From contig NC_058369.1 of the NCBI RefSeq assembly GCF_018350175.1, forward strand, positions 9,550,001 to 9,614,000: a stretch of 64,000 nt of DNA, read 5' to 3'. Shown here one piece after another: positions 13,090-26,199 of this stretch. The notes under the pieces were generated by a model. That model was not told the DNA's origin. It made no database searches and saw only the letters and a program-made list of their open reading frames with translations. Every line of letters starts with the position of its first letter. The first letter of the stretch is position 1. The stretch is from Felis catus. Lineage: Eukaryota. The position numbers and the translations under genes are program-made.

Positions 13090-13320
13090 GAATCGCTAAA
13101 TCCAAGAGACAGAACCAGACTAGCCGTGGCCAGGGGTCGGGGGAAGGCAGGGGAGTGACGTGATGAGGACGGGGTTTCCTTTTGGGAGGTGAAAACGTCT
13201 TGGCACGAGACAGAGGTGACGGTCACACAACCCTGCGGACGTGCTAACCAGCACTGACCTGTGCACGGCAGAAGGGTTAGTGGTCAGTTTTAGGCTATGT
13301 GAATTTTAACTCAACTTTTA
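13090..13320 (+). mobile_element. Old L1M 3' end
   Basis: gagacagaaccagactagccgtggccagggg...ggggtttccttttggg...tatgtgaattttaactcaa. Confidence 0.7.
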
Positions 13321-13659
13321 ACAACCATTACAAAAAGAGCTTAGCTTCCTCCGCTCCGACTGTTAGCTCTCAGGCTGCTGACCTCAATTTGCAGAAATGA
13401 ACACTGGGAGTGCTTACCCTCCGTGTCCCAACCGCCCCCCCCCCCCCCACTCAGCACTTGGAACCGTCACATCGTTTGCCCCTCACAGCCCTGGGAGGGA
13501 GGCGCCTGCCAGGAGGTCCCGGGTTTTTCCGGAGCGGGACCTTGCGGCCCAGAGGCTCAGAGAGGGTAAGCGACTTGCCCCACCTAGATCACACAGCTCC
13601 AGCTCCAGCCTCCCTGCCTTCTGAGAGTCCTCAACCAGCTGAGGGACACTTTGCCAATC

Positions 13660-14312
13660 CTGGCTGAACCTGAGAATCACCTGGGAATTTTTAAAAAACC
13701 CCCATGTCCAGAGGCAGCCCTGGACCAATCTCACCAGCATCTGTGGGGGTGGGGTTCGGGGCACCCGCGTTTCGAAAACTTTCAGGTGATTCCAAGTGTC
13801 GCTAACCTGGGGCTCTTGCTGAGACGCAGATTGAGATTGGACAGATATGGGGTGGGAAGAGGGGAGGAGGATGGGAGTCTGTATTTCTTTTTATTTATTT
13901 ATTCATTTCCTTTGAGAGAGAGCGTGCGCGCGAGAGTGGGAGAAAGAGAATCCCAAGCAGGCTCTGAAATGTCAGCGCAGAGCCCGACTCAAGGGCTCGA
14001 TCTCACAAACGGTGAGATCATCACCTAAGCCGAGATCAAGGGTCAGCCGCGTACCCAACTGAGCCCCCCGCCCCCGCCAGGAGCCCCTGAGATTCTGTAT
14101 TTCTAACAAAGCTCCCAGGAAAGGCTGCAGCTGCAGGTTCTAAACAGTCTGTCCTACAGAACGTCCCACGGTGACGGAATGTTCTAGATCTTACACTATC
14201 CAGGACGGTCGCCAAGTGTGGCTGCTGCAGCTGAGGGCCAGACTCTTTCATTTTATTTAATTTTTAAGTTGAAAGAGCCCCACGTGGCTACTGGCTTCCA
14301 TACTGGGCAGCT
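13660..14312. mobile_element. MER5A-like pieces plus MER3-like hAT MITE, split by a SINE
   Basis: agaatcacctggg; ctgtatttctaacaaagctcccagg; tttcattttatttaatt...gccccacgtggctactggcttccatactgg. Confidence 0.65.
13888..14087 (-). mobile_element. CAN-SINE
   Basis: Antisense body flanked by a TCTGTATTTCT duplication. Confidence 0.85.
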
Positions 14313-14466
14313 ATACAATGTCCAAGGAAAGAAAGGAACGAGACATCAAACAGGTTAAAAAAAACAAACAAACAAACAAAAACGGTGCCCTAGAACCTTA
14401 ATAAATAACCTAGAGACAAAAACAACCCGGAGCGTGGCCTCCTTGTCTGCGTCTTGAAGAATGAGA

Positions 14467-14690
14467 GACACCGGGGGGCCCAGTCGGTTGAGCGTCCGAC
14501 TGGCGGCTCGGGTCACGATCTCGCAGCTCGTGAGTTCGAGCCCCGCGTCGGGCTCTGTGCAGACAGCTCAGAGCCTGGAGCCTGCACTGAATTCTGTGTC
14601 TCCCTCGCTCTCTCTGCCCCTCCCCCGCTCGCACTGTCTCTGTCTCTCAAAAAATGAATAAACGTGAAAGAAATTTAAAAAAAAAAAAAA
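14467..14690 (+). mobile_element. CAN-SINE
   Basis: Body and tail. TSD AAGAATGAGA. Confidence 0.9.
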
Positions 14691-16360
14691 AGAATGAGAA
14701 ACACGGTTAAGAGAAAGGAAGAAACGAGGAAATCCCTTGGGTCTTCCCCTCCTGCCTTCCCCAGCACCTTCCCCAGCTCAGGGCCCCCGCACCTGTCGCC
14801 TTCACCGGCCCTACCTTGTGTCTCTCCAACCAACCCCTCTCCCCCGCCAGACGGAGCCAACTACGGCACGGAGCTCCAGCCTCACACCTCCTGTTCCATA
14901 CCTTCCCTGCTCCCCCGAATCGTGCCCACACCTCCCCTGGGGTCCCCTCCTGGCTCAGCTCGGCACCGACACCCCCTCGGCCCTCACCGCCCTGCCATGT
15001 CTCCCGCCCCTGCTTTATTTTTGCTCTAAGGCACTCGTGTCCTCGGTCTGTCTTCCCAGCTAGAACGTCAGCCACGTGAGGGCAGCGGTTTACGTCTGCT
15101 TATGTCCATCTGTGTGCCGGTGCCCATACCAAGGGGAACGTGCAGGTGCCGCTTGCCAAGCATGTCCCCTGTGCCCAGCATGACATCCTGCGTTCACCGG
15201 CGGCTTCATCCGTACGCCATCCCTGGGAGTTAAGCGGTGCTCTACGCACAGGCAGCGCATAGATGAAGAAACCGAGGAGCTGCGAAGTTAGGCAGCGTCC
15301 CAAAGGCCACACTGCTGACAGAGAAACCCAGTCCCGGCGGACCTCAAACTCTGTCCCTCCACCCCTCCCTCCTGCTGTCTCTTGCCCACGGGCATTGCAG
15401 CTTCTCTGGAGTGTGAATGCTTTCCCAGACGCCACCGGAGCTCTGCTCCCCCCACCCCCACCCCGGGCCTATGTCCCTGCTGTGCTGATTCCTGTCCTGT
15501 GAGGTTTCCCCACTCGCTAGATGCGTGACCTCGGCCCGCGAAGTTAGCTCTCTGAGCCTCAGTGTGCTCATCTGTAAAATGGGGGCAAAGATAAACCCAC
15601 GGAGCTCTTGGGGCCGGTACAGGGTTAAGTCTGAGAGTCATAAGCTTCCCCGGAAAGAGAAGCTACTCACCATCGTGCCAAAGGCAGACGGCTCCCACAT
15701 CTTCCCGGAACATCGCACTTCTTGAGCGGGGCTCCAAGTGAAATCCTGGACACGAACACGCACGGGAGGGAGGAAAGGGCCCACCCATCACGCATGTGGA
15801 AAATGGGCTAGCTGCTTTTCAACCAGACGAGCCGTGACTGGCACTAAGGCTCAGAGAGCTTGCTCTGAATCGCACGGTGGCTGCCGCGCCCCGAAATATT
15901 TCAGCACCGACGGACGTACACGGAAACACACGCTGTAGCACTGAGGAGGGAGGAAGCCACTGCCAGGCCCAGAACAGCAGAGAAGCCAAACTTATTCAGC
16001 ACCCACCGTGGGCCAGGCACCGTTCCAGCTGCCGCCTGAGCCTCACGACAACCCCATGGGGTGGACGCTCAAGTTATATGCATTTCACGGATGAGGAAAC
16101 TGAGGCCCAGGAGGTTAAGCAACTCACCCAGGACGAGGCGACTGGGAGGAAGAAGCTGCCGAGATTCAAACCCACGGAGGCTGGTTCTGCAGCCTTTCCT
16201 CTTAAGCACTACGCTGGACCGCCTCGGCCCCAACACAGGGCCACGGAACCCCCCAGGGTCCACAGAACCTGGTGCGGTCCACACAAAAGACGTCGGTGCA
16301 GAACATCTCTGGGGGACATGGAGCAAAGAATGTGACGCGGGACATCAAGAAGGAAATGCA

Positions 16361-16585
16361 GGGGCGCCTGGGTGGCGCAGTCGGTTAAGCATCCGACTTC
16401 AGCTAGGTCACGATCTCGCGGTCCGTGAGTTCGAGCCCCGCGTCAGGCTCTGGGCTGATGGCTCGGAGCCTGAAGCCTGTTTCCGATTCTGTGTCTCCCT
16501 CTCTCTCTGCCCCTCCCCCGTTCATGCTCTGTCTCTCTCTGTCCCAAAAATAAATAAACGTTGAAAAAAAAATTTTTTTGAAAAA
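16361..16585 (+). mobile_element. Young felid CAN-SINE
   Basis: TSD AAGAAGGAAATGCA at 16347-16360 and 16586-16599. Confidence 0.95.
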
Positions 16586-17611
16586 AAGAAGGAAATGCAA
16601 ACAGCCCATCCAGACCTGGGAAATGGTCCACTTTCTCAGTTCCCAAGGGTCCTCTGCACCACAAGGGGGTTATACTTTTCGCCTGTCTGTCTGGAAAAGA
16701 CGCAAAATCAAGGGCCACCCAGTCGGGCCACGTAACCAAGGAAAGGGGACCTCAGAGTTTGAAAGGACACAGACACACTGTTCCTTGCAATCTGGCCCCA
16801 AAGCCTGACATGTGACCCTGCTATGCCACTTCCAGGACTCTGTCCTAAGGAAGCGGTCACAGACATGTGCAAAGATATCGTCACGGGGTGGGTCTCAAGA
16901 CGTATACACAAAAGGACCCCATTTTTGTTACAGAAAACCAAAAAGTATAGGCGTGCCAAGGGGAAAACATGATGCCATTTCCTCTGGAGTGCAGTCCCCA
17001 CTGTGGTCCACAAAGCCCTGCACGATCTATCCGGTCACCTTCCTGCCTTCATCTGCCCCCATCCGCCTGGCACGTACTAGGTGCTCAATAAACATTTATA
17101 AATGAATGATCTCACCGTGAATGAATGCACTCCTCTCCCCGCTCCCATCTCTAAGCTAATCTGCCCCAGGGTCTGTCTCCTGTTCGTGGGCAAGGCCAGC
17201 CCCACCCCCCCGCGGGGGGGGGGGTACTAAGGGAACAGAGGACTAAGGGACCAAGGGAACAGAGAACCACAGTCTACACCAGCAGCACCCACCGCACCAG
17301 GAGCCCAGAGAAGTGAGGCACGATCTAAAAACTGGGCAGCAGAAGGAGAAGGAAGGAGAAAGAAAGGCCGCGGCAGCTTTCATTCCAACATTTTCCAACT
17401 CCGGTTGAGATTTCCTTCTATACACTCGTCTATATTTACATCAACGAATCTGTCGGTAGCAAGCCTGTTGCTGATTGTGTGGGATCTAAAGTTCACAGAA
17501 AGCTGGCTTAGACACCCAGCTAGGAAGAGAAACTGTAAATTCAATTTAAGTCACCCAAAAACCCTAAATCCACCCACTCCCCTCCAGGAAATCTGTGACA
17601 TCTTTTACATC

Positions 17612-17833
17612 AGGATCTCTCCGTGTCAGCCCTACTGACACCTTGGGCCGGATAATTCTTAACTGGGGGGCGGGGGGTGGGGGTGTCCTGAGCATTTCAG
17701 GACACTCAGCGGCTTCCACACACCACACACCAGTAGCCCCCTAGCCCTCCACGGTCACGGCAACCGGAAACGTCTTGAGACATTGCTAAAAGTCCCTGGG
17801 GTGGGGGAAATCGCCCCCAGCGCAGAAGCGCTG
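17612..17833. mobile_element. MER20-like hAT MITE
   Basis: tactgacaccttgggccggataattctt...gagacattgctaaaagtccctgggg...atcgccccc. Confidence 0.8.
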
Positions 17834-18234
17834 TTTTACACGCAGCCCAAACCCAGCGGCCGTTCCCTGTTCCCTCCCCGCGCCTTCCTCGTCAACTTCT
17901 TGAACTTTGAGCCACCCGGTCTCCAAATCTCTCCTCCAGATCAAAGAAAAGTGCCGGTAACAGTTTCCAGCCTCGGGCATCTTATCTCCATCAGAATCTG
18001 ACTCTGAAAACAGCCAGAACCTTGGACAAAGGCGCACAAAGATGTTCACTGCACTGTTGTTTATGAGCACAGCAAACAAACAACTGGAGACGATGACACG
18101 AAGCGGGATGCGTCCATACAGCGGAATATCGTCAGCGATCAACACCAGTCTTCTCCAGGGCTGCTGCCAATCCATACAGCAGCACTGTGTGGGTTTAAAT
18201 AAGACACCCTTTTTTTTCAAGTTGTTAGGTCCAT

Positions 18235-18394
18235 CTGTCAAAAAGTTGTCATAATAGCTTCATTTTTCTAGAACAAGATACTGAGCTTTCATCAGCTGGG
18301 AAATCGAAATGTTAAACGTACAGCTCCATGATGCCTAGAAGGTATGATCCTCTTGTGCAGTGTACAGCCTGTGCAACGGTACATGGTAGCTCTG
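18235..18394 (-). mobile_element. MER91-like hAT fragment
   Basis: ttgtgcagtgtacagcctgtgcaacggtacatggtagctctg terminal motif. Confidence 0.5.
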
Positions 18395-19274
18395 ATGCTT
18401 TCCAAGGATGTCTAGTGGCATGGAAATGTGTTCGCACAAGCTTCTATCCCATTAAAAGGTGTGGAAAGAAATACGTTAAAACGTCTCCAGAGACTCCCTC
18501 TGGATAGGAGAGTATGCGTATATTTTAGAGTCTACTCGGTATTTCAGGTGTTCAGTAAACGAAGAGAACAGGCCTCCTGGAGGATGCCAGTCTTGCACGG
18601 AGACCTAAAATAAAGAGGAGTCGGCCGCAGGGAGACGGGTGGAGGGAACAGCCATCACACGCGCGCCTTCGGATGCAAATGAGCTGGGTGTGGGCACAAA
18701 TGGCCAGGGGAGAGCGGAAGGGGTGGAGAATGGAAGATGCGAGGCTAAAGATAAACCGGGCACTAGATCGTGTGGGGCCTGATGGGGCCCTGGTGCATCT
18801 GTAATCTGTTATCTCTGCTCAGTGCTAAGACCAGGGGGCAGGGCATGCACCTAATCTGCTCAGGAGAGAGACATTTCCACCAGCCCAACCGCCGTCCACC
18901 GACGGGGCAAAGTTCAAGCAATTCTGCTTTCAGCCCCAATGCTGAAATAAACAACACCAGGTGTTTCCAGAATTTGAATGATCTCTGTCAACACCACTGC
19001 TCATTTTCCTCGCCGTTACTCAATGAACAAACATTTATGCACGGTGTGGCACAAGAACGGTTGGGGGCGGGGGGGGGGGGGGTGACGCAGGGAAAATCGC
19101 TGTCCCCTGCCCTCAAGGAGCCTTCTAATTAGAGGGGGAAGACTTAAGCAACAACAGTCCCAGCGATCTGCGTAAAAAGCAGGTAAGACTCACTTATGCC
19201 GAGAAAGGTCCGAGGAAGGTGGCAAGCGGAGGTCAGGAACGACCCAGTAAGAGCACCGAATATCAGAGACACCC

Positions 19275-19635
19275 AACATGGACGACCACCCTGCCATACA
19301 CACCCTTCTCTTCAACGTCCAGCCACCCATCCACCTTCCTACCCTCCAATCCAGGGTAATCATCTGCCCATCTCGTCATCCACCCATATATTTACCCATC
19401 AGCCACCAGTCGACTTCTCCATCCACCCGTCCATCCAACTGCCCCGCCATTCAACGTCACCCCTTGTCCTCTTTCTTCCTCTCTCCCTCCTTCCCTTCCT
19501 TCCTTCCCTCCTACCCTCTTCATGCCATCCGTCCATCCGTCTGTCCCACCATCCACCGATCCAACCATCCACCCGCTCGTCCGATACCAACTGCATTCCT
19601 CCCCGATAAACCCCAAACGTCCATCCACGATCCGT
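19275..19635. repeat. Degenerate (CCAT)n/(CCTT)n low-complexity repeat
   Basis: Repeated ccatccac / ccatccgt / ttcc units. Confidence 0.85.
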
Positions 19636-20081
19636 AACTGAAAAGACTGCGCTGTGAGGAGGAACGGGCCGGACTGTTAAAAATTTTGCGCTGCAGCTCT
19701 CCCAAAGATAACTCAAGTCCATGAACGTTTTTGACGATTCCAGCTGGTTCAAGACCCAAATTCTCCGAGCAAGAACGGGGGGCTGTCTGGCTGACCCAGC
19801 CCTTAGAATGAGGAGGAGACTGAGGAATAGGGTGGCCAGTGCGTGTCCGAGGTCTGGTGCTCCGTCAAGGCTGGTGCATCTCAGCAGATTCTAGCTGAAG
19901 CTAGGTTGCCGGGTACACAGACGAAAATTAACACCTTGCATCCACTCCAAAATTATTTACTCACCACCGCAGCCCTGTCCACAAGGGCAAACACAGCCCG
20001 CATGCGTGGCACCCACGCACACCCAGGAAAATGGATACATTGTTGTATCATCACAGAACGCAATGCTAAACAGAAAAAATA

Positions 20082-20288
20082 GGGGCGCCTGGGGGGGGCT
20101 CAGTCGGTTAAGCGTCCAGCTCTTGATTTGGGCTCAGGTCCTGACCTCAGTTTTGGGAGTTCGAGCCCCCTCTGGGGGCTCCCCCTCCCTCTCGTGGGAT
20201 TCCTCCTCTCTGTCGGCCCCTCCCCCGTTTGCACTGTCTCTCAAAATAAATACACTTAAAAAAAAATAAATACACTTAAAAAAAAAAA
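20082..20288 (+). mobile_element. CAN-SINE with internal deletion and duplicated tail
   Basis: Tail unit AAATAAATACACTTAAAAAAAAA occurs twice. Confidence 0.85.
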
Positions 20289-20604
20289 CAAATAGAAGAA
20301 ATACAACCTACCGCTACACTTCATAGCCAATGAATCTTAGAAACATACAGCGGAGTGAAAACAAGTACAAGTTCCAGAAGGCTAAGAAGTTCAGGAGCCA
20401 GGAAAATTAAATTTACATTAAGGCGCGTGTAAATATGTGATAAAACTTGTTAGGAAAAGAGAGAGAGAGAGAGAAGAGGGAGGGTAGGAAGGAAGACGTA
20501 TGCACCTGAGAGACCAGTTGCCTTTGGGTAAGTGGAGTGGGGGAGGGGCAGGGGGAAAAGGAAGGTCCCGGACCACAGGTAGGAGTCAGTCACTGATCAT
20601 ACGC

Positions 20605-20845
20605 AGCACAGGGTTTCTCAAGGCGTGCTCCCAGACCCGCAACATCAGCACCGCCTGGGAACTCGGGAGAAGTGTTAAGTTCTCAGGCTGCAGCCCAAAC
20701 CTCCTGAATCAGAAACTCTGGGGGTGAGATCCAGCCACCCGTGTTTAAACTGCCCTCCAGATGTGCTCACGGGTGACAACCTCTGCCCTAGAGCCGGCGA
20801 TGCTGACCCTGGAGGGTCGGGGACCACACTTTGAGGACCACCATT
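20605..20845. mobile_element. MER5A-like hAT MITE(s)
   Basis: gtttctcaagg...catcagcaccgcctgggaact...tgaatcagaaactctgggggtg...ggaccacactttgaggaccac. Confidence 0.75.
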
Positions 20846-20853
20846 TCAATTCC

Positions 20854-20879
20854 TTTTTTTTTTTTTTAAGTGTATTTAT

Positions 20880-20919
<40 letters not shown>

Positions 20920-21094
20920 CATGCGTGAACATGCGCAGGGGAGGGGCAGAGAGAAACAGAGAGGAGATCCCAAGCAGGTGCCTCGCCACCAGCACAGAGC
21001 CTGACCCGGGGCTCGAGCTCACGAACCATGAGATCGTGACCTGAGCCGAAATCAAGACTCAGACGCTTTCCTGGCTGAGCCATCCGGGCGCCCC
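20854..21094 (-). mobile_element. CAN-SINE
   Basis: T tract, (GA)n, antisense head. Confidence 0.9.
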
Positions 21095-22304
21095 GATCAT
21101 TTTAGCTCTTGACTTTGGTACCTGGTCACGCAGCGTTTCCATACATTATTACAGTAAGTCAGGGGAAAGTTAAGAAAGCAACAGGCTATTGGCGGGAAGT
21201 ACAAGAAAACACCCCACGGATATGCATTCCGCCCCCGTAGGTGCCGGGCGGGCTCGGGGCAGAGCGGTGGTCACACGGTCCCAGCCCTCGCGGTCGTGGG
21301 GTCTGAAGTCCTTCGTTTTCACTGCATCCCACACGCTTTCCGTGCACGGTATCTTTCAATCCTCCCAGGATTCCCTGGACGTAGGACTGCCCTGCCCATT
21401 TCACAGATGGGGAGACTAAGCTCCAGCACTGTGGGCTGGAGCTGAGATTTGCACGGGGGTCACCTATCCTCAAGCCCTGTGTGCTCTGCCCCCACCCTAA
21501 GTCACCTCCCTGGCCCTGCCGCTTCTCAGCCTCCACTCTCCGGTGCTGTCGCCCAGACAAGAACATTCCTGTGGACTCCGTGACGTGTCACAAACATTTC
21601 ACGGGAGCAAGCGAAAGTCAGCATAGCCTCCCACACCCGTTATTCTTAATAAAGAAAATAAAGGTTCGGTGAGATAAAAGAACACGGCAGGTTCTAGAAG
21701 GTCAGAAACCACGTAACCCTCCCTTCCCTCCCGCCAGCAAGTTCTAGGGTCTGTCTCTCCTCTAAGACGGATCTGTCAATGTATCCTTGAAATCAGACTT
21801 AGCCCTCCTGCAGAAGCTACTTGTATAAAAATACTTTAAAAATTGGTTTAAAATTATATACACTTTTTACACACAGACCTAAAATGAGAACAGAACAGCG
21901 TGAATATTATTTACTGGCAGGTGGGCGAGGAAGAGGAGTTTCCCTCACGGCTCATTCGGGGGAGGGAGTGCTAATTCCCAATCCCAGGTCCGACCTGAGC
22001 GCTGAGCACCTTCAAGGAAGCTCCAAGGACGCTCCCAGTCTGAACAGCAGATAAAAGCCATCTCTGACCCAAGAGAGACAACAAACTTGATCCGGACTTA
22101 ACTCGGGAATTTCACTTCAGAGCCGGGATCTCTCTCGCATTAGCTGCCTTAAACAGGCAGCTTCCAAAAGCACAATTCATTCCGATAAAAAGCCTCAGCT
22201 CTTCAGAGCAGGGAAAAAGCCACCTATCTTCCCCTTTCCTCCTTTCCTGCCACTGTCTCACGACCCCCTCCTCTCTCCCTTCTTGGATGTTAAGAACTCA
22301 CCAG

Positions 22305-22400
22305 TAGGGTGACCCGTGTCCTGCTTTGCCCAGAACTACCGGCTTTCCCGAGATGCTAAAAGCAGGACAGTCCTAGGCAAACTGGGACATCTAGTCGTCC
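22305..22400. mobile_element. hAT-Blackjack MITE (MER81/94-like)
   Basis: tagggtgacc...ttgccc...gacagtcc.aggcaaactgggaca, imperfect palindrome. Confidence 0.6.
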
Positions 22401-24004
22401 TTTCCAGACAAGGACTAATGCCCAGTGGTTTCTGAAACCCAAGTTGTAGAGCCCACCCCCTGGTTCCCTCTCCTGGAACGTTCCTTGCCTTCTCTATTCT
22501 CCTAGGAAGTGAGGGAGAGGGGAAACATAAGACAGGATTTGGGGGGGGCGGGGACACATTCTAACCCCAAACGGGTGGCCCGGGGTTGGCCACAGAAGCT
22601 GTCCTAAGGTGTGTGGTCTCCGTCCTGGGCTAAACTCTTGGCCGGCTCAGAAGAAGGAGATGGGCTGGAAGGGAGAACAAGGAAGCTAATTATACACTTT
22701 AAAACTCCCTCACCTTGTCACCCACAAAGGGAGGGATCAAGGGAGAGGGAGAAAATTAATTTTATCTGAGACCGAAGGGAATAGAAAAATGGGTCAAGTG
22801 GGCATGGCTTCTTCTCCCCCTTAAAGCCTCCAGAGAGAACAGAGAACCCAGGACATCTGAGGGGTGCTTTAACGAGTGCCACACTCAGATTAATAAATCC
22901 AAATTGGCCAGTCACAGAGGGGCCCTTTGTGCCCACTCCAATCCAGCCAGAGCCTTGTTTCTAGCCAAAGTTTCCAGAAAAGAACACCGGAGGGGGGCGG
23001 GGAGCACCGTCCAACATTATGGCTTATGTAGCCTGGAGCTTCTTTGTGACGGAAACCGCGCGGAGCATTTATGACCCCACTTAACCTCCCCGAGGGTTCT
23101 CCAAGGGAGATGCTACCAGAGGCAAGATCCTCAGCACGTACATGAGGAAACTGAGGCCCCGAGGCCCCCAAAGAGCCTGGCCGGTGAGCCGCTGGAACCC
23201 GGGCCTGGCTGTCCCAGGGCGCAGAATGGTTCCCCACTCCCCTGTCATCTTTTGTGGCACCACACGCATCCTTCCTCAGGAGCCGCGTTGGCATTCTCCA
23301 GAATGTGGTCACTGTGGGGCTCTGGGGCTTCAGCCATCTCTCGATCGAACCCACCTGCCCGGTGGTGCCTTCCCGTGTTGAGCGAGTACGTATGTGTGCT
23401 CGCAACTGGGGGCCGGTGGGGAGGAGGTGCTATAAAAGCTCCAAGCACCCAGCAGACATCCCCCCCCCGAGCCCCTGAAGGATGCCTTCACCCTCAAAGG
23501 TCCACTGCTCCCCAAACTCTCAAGCACCCTAACTTCAGAGACCTTCTTTGGCCTGATTCCCTCATGCACACGTGCTCTCCCCGTCTTCCCAACCCCCCGC
23601 ACCTCAAACCCACCGGAGACCTAAAAGAGTGGCATCTGTGTGCCCGCATACGGCTGATGAGAGGCGCTTTTGCACTCACTGGACAAACACTTACGGGGGA
23701 CTTCCTTTGTGCCAGGTGGGATGGGGCTGCCGTGGGGAACAGGGCGACAGGCACGAATGAGTCTCAGGTCCTCAAACCCGACTTTTTACCGCGAATGGCC
23801 GAACGGACGCACCATGCAGGAGACCCCGTTTCCCCACACCAGAGACCCCCGCCCCGACTCTTTCCCATTTCCCTGACTGGTCCTTAATGCTACCGTTTTC
23901 CGGAACCATCTACACACCCACAATCCTTTATCTAAACCCTGGAGGCCAGATGTGCTCTGGAGGTTAGGATTCATTCGGTGCTTCTAAAGGGATAACGAGG
24001 ACAG

Positions 24005-24760
24005 GAACAGAAAATGGCACCGCCGCTTCGAAAAGCAGCCTGGTGGTCTCTTCTCAAGTTAAATGTACACTTTCCACCTCACACCCCGGCAATCTGACTC
24101 CTGGCTATTTATTTACCCAAGAGAAACGCAACATACATTCCCAGTGTTCCCACTAAAACCCGACTGCCAACGTTTGCAGCGGCTCTAGCCATAATCGCCC
24201 CAGCTGGACGCAACCCAAATGTCCTTCAACTGGGAAATGGATGAACAGACTCTGGTCCAGCCATGGAATACTACTCAGCACTAAAAAGAAATCAACTACT
24301 CATACGCACAACGACATGAATGGATCTCAACGGCTGCACAAAAGCCAGGCTCCGAAGGCTACATACATTCGGTATGAGTCTATTTCTACGACCTCCTAGA
24401 AAAGGCAGAAATATAAAGATGAAAAATAGACGGGCGCTTGCAAGGGTCTCGGGCAGTGCTGACCCAGAAGGGCATTAGGGTATCTCCTGGGATGCTGAAA
24501 CCGTCCCCCATCTTTCTCTCTCTTTTTTTTTTAAGATTTTATTTTTAAGTAATCTCTCCACCCAACGTGGGGCTCAAACTCGCCACCCCGAGATCAAGAG
24601 CTCCACCGACTCAGCCAGCCAGGCGCCCCGGAGCTTCCACATCCTGATTCTGGCGGTGGCTACGTGACCGCACGCATTTGCCAAAACTCACGGTCCTGTA
24701 TGCAGAAAGGGTGAATTTTCCTAGCAGTAGTTTACATCTCAATAAACCCGATCTCGGAGA
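24005..24760 (+). mobile_element. Old L1M 3' region containing a short SINE at 24523-24629 (minus)
   Basis: caacccaaatgtccttcaac...tggaatactactcagca...gcagaaagggtgaatttt; short SINEC_old-type insert. Confidence 0.75.
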
Positions 24761-26199
24761 AAAAGAAGAAAAAAGTAACTCCCAGTGTAACCCGCGGACC
24801 AACAGCCCAGGAAAGCAAAACCCGGGCCCCGCCCCCAACCCGCTGGACCAGAGTCACCATTTTAACAAGATGGTCGTCACACACATGTGAACGTTTGGAA
24901 AGCGCCACAGAGCGGGAACAGCACCCCATGACCCGGCGTCGGTAACATTTCTGCACCAAAACGCACCCCAAGGGGGATAAATTCAAGCTGTACACGAAAC
25001 CTAAAAACTCAGGCCAATTCAAGGTAGGTTTTTACCCCTATATGATCCGACCTTTTGGTTTTCAGAGCTTCTGGGGCCTGGGGCTTGCGGAGGAGAAACT
25101 GCACCTTTGTAGGGGGAAAAACAATCCCAACGCAAAAGCCACACTGATTCCTACGAATTTTGCTCCTCTGGAAATACCAGCCACGCTGATCTAGAAGAAC
25201 GATCCGTGGGATCACCCTGCCCTGCCTTCTACAATGGTACCTTCTAGCACGTTCTACTTCTCAGGACAAGCGGGGCCTCATAACACGCTCCAACTTCTCC
25301 TGGGGCTCCCTCTGTTTCCCATAGAGAACATTCCTCTCGGAAAAAACTGGGGAACACCCATCGGCCAACGTCTGTAGGTTCCCTGAGGTGATGGGACTCG
25401 GCTTCTCGGTGAGACTGCGGGAAACATGGGTGAGAAGCTGGAACCCCGTGTGCGGTGCAGGGGACCGAGTGTGACAGCACAGAGACCTGGCTCCGTGGCT
25501 CTTGCAATGGCCCGAATTCCTACACCGCGCTCAGTGGGAGATCTGCTGACATCGGCAGGACTGGGGGAAGCTGACAGTCACACTGGCTTTTGGTAGCGCA
25601 TCAGAAGGACTGAGCGGCATTAAGTGGGGGCTCCAGCAAGGTTGACAGACGCACCTTAGTGAACTGACAAGATTCGAGCTCTTTAGAAGCCAGCCCCAGA
25701 GCCCCTCCCGGCCGTACTGAAATCAGACGCCCCATCAACGAAAACACGGAACCCAATGCGCGTGGTCAACGCGGCCTGCTGGCCAGCATCCTCCAAGAGG
25801 AAAAGGTGGCCGTGTCAAACTGAACATCAAAAGCTCCCACTTGGGTTTTCTTGCTTAAAAAGAGAGCACTAAAACGAACGAGAGACACCCGATTTTCATT
25901 GCCGGCTTCCAGCTCGAGCCGCCCCGAGAGGAGGGTGCAGAAGGGCAGAAGGCTTTGCGGTGGCAACGCGCCCAAGAGCACGGAGAATGCGAGGCTGTGC
26001 CCTCCGCCGGCGTGCCATGCCGGAATTTGCATTTGGAAGTAACACTCTTGGGCCCCACGAGCATACAGCCAAGTGCGCAAAAACATTCGCTCACTCCTCC
26101 TCCACGAGACGGTCAAGAAGGTGCTTTCTGGATTCAGCTGCAGCCCCCAGGGAGTGCCACTTCCAAATACACGTCCTGCCACGCGTGCATCAAAGCACA

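Noticed and set aside
15899..15920. REST/RE1-like TTCAGCACC..GGAC
   Set aside because: Spacing and right half (GGACGTAC) deviate from consensus. Similar partial matches at ~4111-4136 and ~63948-63961 are also half-sites only.
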